A stretch of 64,000 bases of DNA from the NCBI GenBank assembly GCA_951406725.2, contig OX597816.1, forward strand, positions 6,510,001 through 6,574,000, written 5' to 3'. Each line of letters starts with the position of its first letter. Position 1 is the first letter of the stretch. A program made the translations under genes and the position numbers. Below the pieces are notes generated by a model. The model was not told where the DNA came from. It saw nothing but the letters and a program-made list of their open reading frames with translations, and made no database searches. Shown piece after piece: positions 38,525 to 53,301 of the stretch. The stretch is from Octopus vulgaris (taxonomy: Eukaryota).

Positions 38525-38902
38525 CGTGCGTGTATGTTTGTGTGTCTGTGTCTGTCCCCACAACATCGCTTGACAACCGATGCTCGTGTGTTTAAGTCCC
38601 CGTAACTTAGCGGTTCGGCAAAAGAAAGCGATAGAATAAGTACTAGGCTTACAAAGACTAAGTCCCGAGGTCGATTTGCTCGACTAAAGGCGGTGCACCA
38701 GCATGGCCGCAGTCAACTGACTGAAACAAATAAAAGAGTAAAAGAGTAAAACGAGTATACATTTAACGGAACCGTTTACAGCGTAAAAATGGATTAACTG
38801 CAAATTCATTCAAAACACAGTATATTCAACATAGCCACACATCTGGCAATCATCCTAGAAGTTCTGACATGAGCTTTAGCGTGTGTATATATATATATAT
38901 AT

Positions 38903-38969
<67 letters not shown>

Positions 38970-39033
38970 TGTGTGTGTTATGTATGTGGAGTTTTTTTTT
39001 AAATAAGAAATAAATTTGTTTTGTCAAGTAGTT
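38374..39033 (+). repeat. Local duplication of SINE C plus unique flank (sister copy 40657-41333)
   Basis: The non-SINE flank aaacgagtatacatttaacgg...gacatgagctttagcgtg...gaaataaatttgttttgtcaagtagt is shared. Confidence 0.88.
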
Positions 39034-39277
39034 GTCTTATAAACAAATACGAGGTTGCCTTGATGTCTCCGCGACAGGATAGTCATCCATTACAGTGGCG
39101 ATCGATAACCAAACCTAGGGGAAGAGTTTGTTAGCTGACATCATCCGTAGATGGATTAATTTCTAAGAATTTAACCCATTAGATTTCAACTGGCATGTTT
39201 ATTATTGCTACCGGGAACTGGCGCACCAATCGTTGCAAAGTCGATCGGCTGTATGTCGTCGACGACCTGTATATATG

Positions 39278-39359
<82 letters not shown>

Positions 39360-39363
<4 letters not shown>

Positions 39364-39535
39364 ATCGAACACACATACGCAAAAACATAGATAAAGTCAG
39401 AAGGAGGCGCACAGTGAAAATTATGATGGAAAAAGAGAGGCTGTGACGTTTCGAGCAATGGCTCTTCGCCAGAAAAAGGAAAGAGAAAAAATCCGAAGAG
39501 AAGGAAATGAATAGTAGAAGAAAAGCACGTGAATC
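39360..39535 (-). mobile_element. Penelope-like pLTR relic
   Basis: Minus 39445-39472 reads CTGGCGA a gagc catt gctc GAAA cg TC, adjacent to (TA)n. Confidence 0.45.
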
Positions 39536-40010
39536 GGATGTGTATTTCTATAATGAAGTCTAAAATGTTGATAATAGTTGTACAGGACACTGTAAATGAA
39601 GAGAAGGCTTTCAAAGATAACTAGAAGACTGAAAAGAGTCCACGATATTTTAAACAATGTAGTGAGTTTTTGTTGGGTGAGTTGCATCAAATTATGGGTG
39701 GCTTATCTGGTATTCCTTGAAGGAATCTATCAAGACTCGTTTAAAGTTGATGGGATCCTTTTCCTCATGTGTCTGTCCCCACAACATCGCTTGACAACCG
39801 ATGCTCGTGTGTTTAAGTCCCCGTAACTTAGCGGTTCGGCAAAAAAGAGACCAATAGAATAAGTACTAAGCTTACAAAGAATAAGTCCTGAGGTCGATTT
39901 GCTCGACTAAAGGCGGTGCTCCATAATGAAACTCCATTCAGTGACGTTCAGGCTACAATAATGATTTTAATGAAATATATTGGATTTATTGAAAAGGCAA
40001 GATATAGAAA

Positions 40011-40283
40011 TGGAGGCGCAATGGCCCAAGGGTTAGGGCAGCGGACTCACGGTCGGAGGATCGCGGTTTCGATTCCCAGACCGGGCGTTGTGTGTGTTTA
40101 TTGAGTGAAAACACCTAAAAAGCTCCACGAGGCTCGGGCAGGGGTGGTGGCGACCCTTGTTGTACTCTTTCGCCACAACTTTCTCTCACTCTCTTTTCGT
40201 GTTTCCAGCTGGGGGGAACACATACGCCACAGAAGCCGGGAAACCGGGCCCATGAGCATGGCTGGGCTTGAAAAGGGCGACGT
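40011..40283 (+). mobile_element. SINE family R, tail 2, with a 12-bp TSD
   Basis: TSD aagatatagaaa at 39999-40010 and 40284-40295. Confidence 0.9.
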
Positions 40284-40586
40284 AAGATATAGAAAATATG
40301 GTATTTCATAAATCCAGAGGAATAGGAAAATAATGGGGAAAATATTTGGTATATTTTTTGCTGCTAAATCAATTTCCCCCTGTCCACCGTTATTACAGAA
40401 TTTTCCGCGAAAGTTTCATCCTTTACCACATCCAATTTTCAACAATGTTTGAGAAATATTAATCAAATCAAATTGTGACATTCACTTTCTACCAAAAATG
40501 AACAATCTTGAAATTTTTAGTTTGCAAGATTATAAATTTAAGATTGCTATGATTTTTCAAAGCAATAATCATTCAAACACATATAT

Positions 40587-40778
40587 ACGCAGGAGCGGCT
40601 GTGTGGTAAGTAGCTTGCTTACCAACCACATGGTTCCGGGTTCAGTCCCACTGCGTGGCACCTTCAGCAAGTGTCTTCTACTATAGCCTCGGGCCGACCA
40701 AAGCCTTGAGAGTGGATTTGGTAAACGGAAACTGAAAGAAGCCCGTCGTATATATGTACATATGTGTGTGAGTGTGTG

Positions 40779-40831
<53 letters not shown>

Positions 40832-41036
40832 CGTGCGTGTATGTTTGTGTGTCTGTGTCTGTCCCCCCAACATCGCTTGACAACCGATTCTCGTGTGTTT
40901 TAGCGGTTCGGCAAAAGAAACCGATAGAATACGTACTAGGCTTACAAAGAATAAGTCCTGAGGTCGATTTGCTCGACTAAAGGCGGTGCTCCAGCATGGC
41001 CGCAGTCAAATGACTGAAACAAGTAAAAGAGTAAAA
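40587..41036 (+). mobile_element. SINE family C, full length with internal (GT)n
   Basis: Head, CORE-like block, microsatellite and tail are all present. Confidence 0.92.
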
Positions 41037-41165
41037 CGAGTATACATTTAACGGGACCGTTTACAGAGTAAAAATGGATTAACTGCAAATTCATTCAAAA
41101 CACAGTATATTCAACATAGCCACACATCTGGCAATCATCCTAGAAGTACTGACATGAGCTTTAGC

Positions 41166-41246
<81 letters not shown>

Positions 41247-42154
41247 TGTGTGTGTTATGTATGTGGAGTTTTTTTTTAAATAAGAATTTAAATAATGATA
41301 TAAATCAGAAATAAATTTGTTTTGTCAAGTAGTAAAACATTCAATTAACTTTTTTATCTTCAGCACTCTCAATCGTATGAAATCTTGTTTTCAAATAGTT
41401 CTCTTAATGAAAATTCTGAATTCACTTCCGGTTACCTGCAGCAATGTTTGCCTACACATATATCTTTTAAATCGTTTCCCGGATAACAAACACTGAGAAT
41501 TACCTAGCTGAACAAATCCCTTTTCAAACATCGTCATTCAAAATATGCATCACATGAAAGATATCTCAAGGAGTATTACAGTATAATGTCTCTTTTTGGT
41601 TTTTGATTTTCGTTTTGTTTTTTTTCGTTAAAGGAGAGTTTGTATGTCGTTACACATTAATAATTCAATAACTCACATCCACTTAAATAATCTCAATTTA
41701 ATTTTATTCTAATTATTTTCACAATATAAACTCTTCATTCTCATGCTATGAGAGGGACTTCGAAGCCAATCATGTTAAATGAAGAACTTGAACACGTAAG
41801 TGGAATAATTCAACACCACATATCACCTTTCATAATCTGTTTAATTGTATTAATTATATATTAATTTTATTTCAGTTGTCTTTAAATTTAAAATATATTA
41901 ATTCCAACGGTTTGAAATGCTGTTTAGAACGCAACTCTTCGTTTTAAACAGATGAGTTGAACATTTCATGAAAGCAATTGGGATTACAATGCAACGAGGG
42001 CCTTACAAATCTTATTTCCAGCTATTTACTGTAAGACTTAACATTGTCAATCCCCACGTAACTATATTTTGTATTCTATTTTTGGAATTTATATTTCATA
42101 CTTCATATGTTGGTATATTAGATTATTTTCTATTTTAATATTTTGGTTGGTTTT

Positions 42155-42657
42155 CGGGCCTTGTGCTTAGAGCAAAAAAGAATATTTAGAATATTTCGGT
42201 TGCCTTAAGGCGGCGAGCCAGCAGAAACGTAAGCACGCCGGGCGAAATACTTAGCAGCATTTTGTCTGTCTTTACGTTCTGAGTTCAAATTCCGCCCAGA
42301 TCGACTTTGCCTTTCATCCTTTCGGGCTCGATAAATTAAGTACCAGTTGCGTACTGGGGTCGATCTAATCTACTGGCCCGCTCCCCAAAAATGTCGGACC
42401 TTGTGCCTAGAGTAGAAAAGAATATTTCGGTTGCCTTAGGACAGCGAGATGGCAGAATCGTTAGCAAACCGGAAAAATGCTTAGCGGCATTTCTTCCGTC
42501 TTAACGTATTCTGAGATCAAATTCCACCGTGGTCGACTTTGCTTTTCATCTTTTCGGGGTCGATAAAACAAGTTTCAATTGAACACTGAGAACAATGTAA
42601 TCAACTTAACCCCTACCCCGAAAATTCTGGCCTTGTGCCAAAATATGAAACCAATAT
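42155..42657 (+). mobile_element. Cluster of SINE family M copies (tail C fragment, full tail C copy, older tail B copy)
   Basis: gaatatttcggttgcctta is repeated around the 42209-42426 copy. Confidence 0.85.
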
Positions 42658-43306
42658 TCCGTCTGCCTTATTAATCACAATGTAAACTAGTTCAGTCTTC
42701 TCATTTCCAATTTTTCCTCCTTGCTTCCGTTTACATCGTTCTTTCCTTCCTGCCACTTCCGTTTTCCAGCTTTCATTACATAAACGTGACATATTTACTT
42801 GAGTTCCTCTTTGCAATTCCGACGATCCACAAATGAAACTGCACTAAATTAGAATCCTGAAATAATTTCACATTCATTTTGCATTTATTTCATAAGTTAC
42901 TCTACCTTCAGTTTTGATTCTTTTGTGATTTTTTAATATTTGGGTAAAGGGTAAGAGTAAAGATCATCGTCGGTCCTGAATGACCATGGGATTGCGCCTA
43001 GAAAGTCCGCCCCCCACCCACCAAGCCTCACTAACAGATAACTAATTATTACTATTAACTGCTACTCCTAGTCCTCGTTTGAAGAGTTGGTTTTTAACTA
43101 TTTTTTTGTTTATTGAAATAAATGGATCCTCTTAACCAAGGGAGGACTTGATTCCGTTCATCTGAGATTTCAATCACTTCCAGAAATATCACTGGGGAAG
43201 AATATAAAATGGTTTTTAAGAGATTTTTCTACAGAAAGTATTTGGAGTAACTGCTGCTATCGTTGTAATTGTTACTGTTGCTAATGTTGTTGTTGTTGTT
43301 GTTGCT

Positions 43307-43688
43307 GTTTGTTTGTTCGTTTGTTTGTTGAGCGAAGCGGTCTTCGTCGCAGAGTGGGAGAAGTCCGAAACGTGGTCCTTTGCTATTCGTAAGACCCGCA
43401 GAAGAGAAAGCAGGTCAACCCCCGACACCGAGAGCATCGACGGATGGATGAATGCGCATCCAGGCTCAGCGGTTACGTAGGAAGTCGGGGACAAGAAACA
43501 GGAAGAAAGAGTGAGAGAAAGTTGGAGCGAAAAAGTACAACAGGGGTCGCCACCAGCCCCTGCCGGAGCCTCGTGGAACTTTAGGTGTTTTTGCTCACTA
43601 AACACACACAACGCCTGGTCTGGGAATCGAAACCGCGATCCTCCGACCGCGAGTCCGCTGCCCTAACCACTGGGCCATTGCGCCTCCA
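43307..43688 (-). mobile_element. SINE family R, tail 3 ending (AAAC)n, within (GTT)n
   Basis: Same head and body as the 32.5 kb and 40.0 kb copies, with an unrelated 3' half. Confidence 0.88.
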
Positions 43689-43716
43689 CTGTTGTTGCTG
43701 CTGCTGCTGCTGCTGC

Positions 43717-43747
<31 letters not shown>

Positions 43748-43794
43748 GCTGCTGCTGCTGTTGTTGTTGTTGTTGTTGTTGTTGTTGCTGCTGC

Positions 43795-43867
<73 letters not shown>
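43689..43867. repeat. (GTT/GCT)n microsatellite
   Basis: Read directly from the sequence. Confidence 0.97.
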
Positions 43868-43868
<1 letters not shown>

Positions 43869-44477
43869 GCACCGATAACAACAATGGCGGTGACGGTGAG
43901 AGGAGTAGCAACGTCAGTGTTCCTGGTGGTGGAGTTGGCAAGCGACAATGGCAGCAACGACGGCGACAGAGATGGGTCCGGCGACGGTGGCGACATCAGT
44001 GACAGTGATGGTGGCGGCAATGTTATCGTTAAGAAATGAAATTCAGCAAAAAAAAAAAGTATTCTGCTAAATATCTAATCTTTTGTTCTCATCACAATGG
44101 CGAGTTCAGATGTTTAGAAAGAAGAAAAAAAAAAGAAAAAAGACACTCGACAGGTGTCTTCCTTAATCTAACAGAACCAATCAGATTATCATATTTATTT
44201 CCACGTCAACACATCTCTGTTCTATTTAGAGATATATCAAACGTAATTAGACGCCATTTTTGTATTTTATTTTCGAAAGGGAAAGAAACGCTGCGGGATT
44301 TAGAAAAATGCCTTCGGTGATAAATAAACAGCCACGGTGAGTTAACAGGAGATGACTCGCTATCCCGGTTGGTTGAAATATCGATGTCAAATTGCTATTT
44401 TCATTACAGATAGTTTAATGGATCGCTTTTAGTTTGTTTTGCTTGAGATTTTTTATGCTATCGTGACTAACGATGGC

Positions 44478-44822
44478 AGATGGTCCCGTGGCTACGGTAT
44501 TTGGCTCAAATCGTAACACTGTGAGTTCAATTCTCAGCAGCGCGTTGTGTCCTTGAACAAGACACCTTATTCCACTGAGTGGAACTGCATTCCAATGAGT
44601 GGAGCTGCATTCCACTCAGCTCAGCCAGAAAAAATAAGCTGTGTATGTAATTCAAAGGGGGTTAGCCTTGTCACATTCTATGTTACGCTGAATCTCCCTG
44701 ATGTCGACGTAAGGGGGGTAAGGTCTGTGGAGTGCTCTGCCACATGCGCGTTAATTTCAGGAGCAAGCTGTTCCGTTGATCGGATCAACTGGAATACTCA
44801 TCGTCGCAACCGACGGAGATCC
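44478..44822 (+). mobile_element. Diverged tRNA SINE (family of 9430-10347)
   Basis: gtgagttcaattc, gtgtccttgaacaagacacc and tail gtcgcaaccgacggag. Confidence 0.75.
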
Positions 44823-45082
44823 AGTTATCGTGACTAATGGCATAGGGGATCGCCATGTCACTGAGACAGAAACTTCGTATGGCTTGCTCAAGTTCGCCGA
44901 ATTAGTTACCAATGGAATCGATGTACAAGAAGGTCAGATTCTCGTCAGCAGGAAGTAACTGAACACTCGATGCATTACATACAGATCCTTTTTTCTAAGC
45001 TTGTACCTTTATCGCTTTTATCTTTATTACTATTGCCCAAGGTTCCCGTGGTCTTTTCAGTAGGCTTTTCTATCCACGGGTG

Positions 45083-45300
45083 AAAAAGGTGGTAGTAGTA
45101 CCAATAATTGTCGGAGCCCAGGGAACAGTGAGCAAAAATCTGGAGAAGTACGTGGAACAAATAGGGGCTGCAATAAGGGTGGAGCACTTGCAGAAAACAG
45201 CACTGCTTGGAACCGCTCGAATACTACGGAAAGTGCTCGAAAAATAAGGGGTGTTACCTTAGTTCATTGGCAGTGAACAGCTGACACTGTAATACAAATA
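45083..45300 (+). mobile_element. R4/Dong-like LINE 3' end (family C)
   Basis: KVVVVPIIVGAQGTVSKNLEKYVEQIGAAIRVEHLQKTALLGTARILRKVLEK*, then a short UTR and (TAA)n. Confidence 0.85.
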
Positions 45301-45319
45301 ATAATAATAATAATGAGAT

Positions 45320-45433
45320 AAAGAAGAAGAAGAAGAAGAAGAAGAAGAAGAAGAAGAAGAAGAAGAAGAAGAAGAAGAAGAAGAAGAAGAAGAAGAAGAA
45401 GAAGAAGAAGAAGAAGAAGAAGAAGAAGAAGAA
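45320..45433. repeat. (GAA)n microsatellite
   Basis: Read directly from the sequence. Confidence 0.97.
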
Positions 45434-45436
45434 AAT

Positions 45437-45637
45437 GATTTCTATTATAGGCACAAAGCACAGGGAAGATAGTCGATTACAGCGACCCTAGAATGCAACT
45501 AGTACTTAATTTATCGATCCCGAAAGGAAGAAAGGCCAAGTCGACCTCGGCGGAATTTTGAACTCGGAACGTAGCGACTGGCGAAATACCGCTGAGCATT
45601 TCGTCCAGCATGCAAACGATTCTGCCAGCGCGCCGCT
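45437..45637 (-). mobile_element. SINE family M copy
   Basis: Core and head recognisable on the minus strand. Confidence 0.8.
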
Positions 45638-45725
<88 letters not shown>

Positions 45726-45778
45726 TGATGATGATGATGATGATGATGATCATGATGATGATGATGATGATGATGATG

Positions 45779-45835
<57 letters not shown>

Positions 45836-45884
45836 GTAATAATAACAACAACAACAACAACAACAACAATAATAATAATAATAA

Positions 45885-46438
45885 ATGCCCTGATGCAGTA
45901 CCAGGCAGTGGCTCTCATGGCCTCTGATCTTAACTGATTGGAAGTGTTATCATGTACATTGTTTTGTCTTGGTATAAAAGATGGGCTACAGCAAATATTC
46001 TGCTCAATACCACAGATTTGCTTGTCCGTTGTTTGACCGTAACCAGTTGAGCATGTCCCTTAGTGGCTAACGATATGTGCATCTCTGATCACGAGCAGAA
46101 GTAGTGGGAGAGCATCATAGCCATGTGTTGAGAGGGATTCTTTGGGGTTTCAATAATTCACCTCTGGAAACATGGGTGGTTCTTTCAACATCCTTAAACA
46201 ACCCTTATTCAGGGACCTTTTGAGCAGGATGGGCTACTCAACCTGAAGAAAATTCTAACTGGGCCCCACCTGCAAGGTTATGTGCTATTTATCTTGATAT
46301 GAGATCACCATGTCGCGCACATATGGTTGTGTTGCATGTGCCTGGTGTACCCTTATCAGACGGGTAGTCATGATGGGTATACTGGGCTTCGTATATTTTA
46401 CCCGTGTCACTTTGATGGCATGAACTGCTCTCTCACTC
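45885..46438 (+). mobile_element. ~554-bp non-coding element flanked by (TAA)n, copy 1
   Basis: atgccctgatgcagtacc...gctctctcactc with sharp TAA boundaries on both sides. No long ORF or tRNA head is seen. The strand is inferred from its neighbours. Confidence 0.65.
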
Positions 46439-46519
<81 letters not shown>

Positions 46520-46540
46520 AAGAAGAAGAAGAAGAAGAAG

Positions 46541-47273
<733 letters not shown>

Positions 47274-47374
47274 TGATAATAATAATGATAATAATAATAA
47301 TGATGATGATGATGATGATGATGATGATAATAATAATAATAATGAAAATAATAATAATAATAATGATGATAATG

Positions 47375-47405
<31 letters not shown>

Positions 47406-47490
47406 TAATAATAATAATAAATAATAATAATAATAATAATAACAACAACAACAACAACAACAACAACAATAATAATAATAATAATAATAA

Positions 47491-48043
47491 ATGCCCTGAT
47501 GCAGTACCAGGCAGTGGCTCTCATGGCCTCTGATCTTAACTGATTGGAAGTGTTATCATGTACATTGTTTGTCTTGGTATAAAAGATGGGCTACAGCAAA
47601 TATTCTGCTCAATACCACAGATTTGCTTGTCAGTTGTTTGACCGTAACCAGTTGAGCATGTCCCTTAGTGGCTAACGATATGTGCATCTCTGATCACGAG
47701 CAGAAGTAGTGGGAGAGCATCATAGCCATGTGTTGAGAGGGATTCTTTGGGGTTTCAATAATTCACCTCTGGAAACATGGGTGGTTCTTTCAACATCCTT
47801 AAACAACCCTTATTCAGGGACCTTTTGAGCAGGATGGGCTACTCAACCTGAAGAAAATTCTAACTGGGCCCCACCTGCAAGGTTATGTGCTATTTATCTT
47901 GATATGAGATCACCATGTCGCGCACATATGGTTGTGTTGCATGTGCCTGGTGTACCCTTATCAGACGGGTAGTCATGATGGGTATACTGGGCTTCGTATA
48001 TTTTACCCGTGTCACTTTGATGGCATGAACTGCTCTCTCACTC
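47491..48043 (+). mobile_element. ~553-bp non-coding TAA-flanked element, copy 2
   Basis: Nearly identical to 45885-46438. Confidence 0.65.
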
Positions 48044-48103
<60 letters not shown>

Positions 48104-48151
48104 AAGAAGAAGAAGAAGAAGAAGAAGAAGAAGAAGAAGAAGAAGAAGAAG

Positions 48152-48879
<728 letters not shown>

Positions 48880-48906
48880 GATGATGATGATGATGATGAT
48901 GATGAT

Positions 48907-48939
<33 letters not shown>

Positions 48940-49300
48940 AATAATAATAATGATAGTAATAGTGCTGATAATCTATCTATCTATCTACACACACACACAC
49001 ACACACTCAAAGAGTTCAACCAACACAAAGAAAGTATTATTTGACAGGCAAGAACTCTAGTGTTGAAGACAGTCAGCCAACCAACCACCAAGCCAGCCAA
49101 CGAGACAGACAGACACTACTGTGATGGTGATACTGATAAAAAACAAAAATAACAATAATAAGATACTGCTGTGACTACACATAAAACAATATCATTGATG
49201 ATGATGGTGGTGATGGTGATGGTGATGATGATAATGATGATGGTAATGGTGGTGATAATGATGATAGTGATGGTAATGGTGATGATAATAACAATAATAA

Positions 49301-52300
49301 GCCGACTACGGCTGCTATAATGGTACGATTATAATTGTAACGGCAATGATGGCCGTCTCCCCACAAGCCAATCAAAGCTAAAAAATGATAACATTATCGT
49401 AGCACCAAAATGTTTTTGGAAACTAAAAGGAAGACTAAATCAGTATACCAAATCGCTTGTCCTATGGTTAATCTGGAAGCGCGTCCCCCAGGGAAGAGCC
49501 AGCCTGGGATCGAAAAGTCAGCAACTGGCACAAACTCTTCTCCGAATACGGACATGGATGGTCACTTGAACGGGAAATCCCCCAACTCGAGCCCTCCAAG
49601 TTCACCACCACAACCACCACAGAAAGAAAAATGTAAGCGGAACAAATGGACCCGAGAAGAGTATAAAGAAGTAATATACGCTTATTACTATGCATTAGGT
49701 AGGCCATCTCAAGAGAGACACACCGCAAACTCTTACAGTATATGGAGAACACGGAATCAAGACAGTAGGCCCTATTTGGACGAGAACAAATTAGCAAATG
49801 TGAGGAGGGATATCTTTAGAAATAACAGACTCACAGACAGTGAAATAAGCGCGATCAAGCACGCAACGGAAAATGACATAAATATAAGACACAAAGGAAA
49901 TGAAGAATCAGATGAACAGTATAGCCCGCCACGAGGCTTAATTGAAAGACTGCCATCTGACCAAAATACGCAAAGGCCTGAAGATACAAGAAATTCTATT
50001 GTACCAGTTAAAGATAGCCAGGAAAACGAAAAAACAACAGTAACTGAAGATCTCGCATTTGCTGAAGAACACAGAGAGTCTATGGCAGAAATGAGGCAGA
50101 AAATCCTGAATACGCTTGAAGTTGTAAGACATACAAGTATGAATGATAGAGAACCGCTTCATAAACTCTCAAATACAAACCAAAATAAAAAACAAATCCA
50201 AATTGGCAACTATGTAACAAATGAAATAATACGAGAATTAAAACCTGATTTTACTGAGTTAAATGAAATTATTTACGCTTCTGCTAGGGCAATTGAAACC
50301 AGCTGTATGCCCCCGAAAAAACAAAGAAAACAAAACCTGGGAAGAAATCAAACCTGGAGAAGTAAAATTGAAAAAGAGATTGAATTTATGAGAGGGGAAA
50401 TATCAATATTAAATGAACTAATATGTGGAAATGATGTAAGATCCAGAACAGGAAGAAAGATGAAGAGAAAATTTGGATCCTCACCAAGAGAAGAACTGAT
50501 ATCAATAAAAGAAACGCTGAAACAAAAAGTCCAAGCAAAAGCCCAAAGAATACGAAGATTTGAGAAGAGAAACAAGTTTTACAAGCAAAATAAGCTGTTC
50601 ACATCCAATGCCAAAAAATTCTACAGAGAAATAGGGAAGGAGAAAGTAACCGTTAAAGACCCCCCTCCCATGGAAGAAGTTCAAAACTTTTGGAAAAGGA
50701 TTTGGAGTGACAAGAAGACGTACAACATAAATGCAGACTGGATTATACAAACTGAAGGATCCTACCAAAATTTACAACAACAAGCATGGGAAGACATCAC
50801 AATAGCAGACCTAAGAAAGGCACTCACGAAGGCCCATAATTGGAAATCCCCCGGTAAAGAAAGGGTGCCGAATTTCTGGCTCGCATCGCTCCCGTGCGCA
50901 CACGGTAAGCTAGTTCAGCTGCTCAATGGAATTATGAGAGACCCAAAGAAAACACCTGAATGGTTAGCAAGTGGCATTACTTACCTACTCCCAAAGAATA
51001 ACGAAACCAACCTTCCAAAAAACTATCGGCCTATAACCTGTCTATCCACCACGTATAAAATCCTAACATCTATCCTGGCGGAGAAAACATATGCATTCAT
51101 GGAGAAGAACGATATTTTCCCCATTGAACAAAAAGGGTGCCGCCGAGGCTCTTACGGATGCAAAGATCAACTGCTAATCAATCGTATGATCCTTGAGAAC
51201 TGTCACAACAAGCGCAGAAATCTCAGCACCGCATGGATTGACTATAAAAAGGCCTTCGACAGTATACCGCATCCATGGATCTTGAGATCGCTGGACATCT
51301 TCAAAATTTCCCCTGTGATTTCAAACTTCCTGAAGCACAATATGTCGTTGTGGAATACGAATCTCCAATTATACCACTCTAATGGAGTACTTGCCTCAGA
51401 AAATATAAACATCAACTGTGGAATTTTTCAAGGTGACTCACTTTCACCTTTAATATTCTGCATAGCCCTAATACCCCTTACAAGTGAATTAAACAGAACA
51501 GGGTATGGGTATAAAATTGCCAATAAAAAAATAAGCCATCTATTTTATATGGATGACTTAAAACTTTATGGTAAAGACAATAATGAACTTGAAGGCCAAT
51601 TGCGCACCGTGAAAGCATTCAGCGATGACATCGGGATGGAGTTTGGACTTGAGAAGTGTGCCAAGGCCACTTTCCAGAAAGGGAAAGTGAAGACCACAAA
51701 TTCAGTCGTGTTAGATGTTGACACAGTCATAAGAGAGCTTGAGCAAGAACAAACATACAAATATTTAGGGATAAATGAAGGCTCAGGTATTCAGCATGCA
51801 AGCATGAAAGAGAAAATCAGGAAGGAATGTTATAGGAGAGTTCGTGCAGTCCTGAAATCTGAACTAAATGCACGTAACAAGGTGTTAGCTATAAATTCCT
51901 TAGCAGTTCCAGTTGTTACTTATAGCTACAATGTGTTGAACTGGAATATGAGTGAAGTAAAGAATATAGATAGAAAAATACGCAAGCTGCTGAGTTGTAA
52001 TAGGATGCACCACCCAAAGGCAGACGTAGATCGCCTTTACCTTCCCAGAGCCCAAGGAGGTCGAGGCCTGATCCAATTTGAACTAGCTTACAAAACAACC
52101 ACAATTGGACTGGCCAAATATCTCGAAATATCGAATGACTGGATGCTAAAGCTCGTGGAAAATCACGAGAGACGAAAGAAGCTTCATTCTATCATCAAGG
52201 AAAGCAAAAAATTTGCTATTGATCTCGTGCAGGATACCCAAACTGAACAACCCGAGGGAAGTACGGCAACTATTGTTGCAAAGAAGGTGAAAAGGATGGC

Positions 52301-53301
52301 AATGAAAAAAGCGCACGAGCAATTGGCTGATAGGTGGGAGGAGAAACCTCTGCACGGCAAATATGTGACCCGCAGCAAACAAGCTGATGTTGACCAGAAG
52401 CAAACCCATCAGTGGCTGCGGAGCTCAGGGCTAAAAGCAGAGAGCGAAGGTTTCATCCTGGCTGCTCAAGACCAAAGCCTATTAACCCGGAACTACCAGG
52501 CCAATGTGATGAAAAATGGAGCAGACCCAAAATGCCGATTCTGCAACGACATGATTGAAACAGTGGACCACCTAATCTCTGGATGTAAAGTCTTAGCACC
52601 AGTGGAGTATAAATTAAGACATGACAGAGTTGGCCAATATCTCCACTGGCTAATAAGTCGGCATTACAATATCAAAACTGCCGACAAATGGTATAATCAC
52701 CACCCTGAGGCTGTAACTGAAGGAGAAAATGTAACCATTCTGTGGGACTTTCCAGTACATACAGACCGAACCATCAAGGCCAATAAACCAGATATTGTTG
52801 TGAAAGACCAAAACAATAAAGTTTGCTTATTGATCGACATGAGTATCCCCTGTGATCATAATATCTCAGCGAAAGAGTTTGACAAGCTCAGAAAATATAA
52901 AGACCTACTCATTGAAATTGAGAAAATGTGGCATCTCAAGGCGGTTACAATACCAGTGATCGTAGGAGCACTAGGAATGATCAAGAAGGGAACCGAAAAT
53001 TATATGAGAATGATCCCTGGCTTACCATTACTGCAAGAAGTGCAAAAAATTGTCTTAACTGGTACATCACACGTATTGAGAAGAGCATTGTCGATGTGAG
53101 AACTGTTGCTGCTCATGTATTTTAATTTAACTTTAATAAAAAATAAAAAAAATTTAAAAAAATGAACGAACTACTGAGTTTGGTTTAATGGCCTACCAAT
53201 ATACACTATGAGTTTCTTTGCCCTAGGAGTCGGGAAGACACTCGGCAAGAAATGGAAGAAAATTTGAAAGAAGAAAAAAAAAAGTAATAATAATAATAAT
53301 A

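Noticed and set aside
49290-49500. HDV-like ribozyme at the 5' end of the intact LINE
   Set aside because: I could not build the P1-P4 nested pseudoknot by eye. It needs an RNAMotif/Infernal search.
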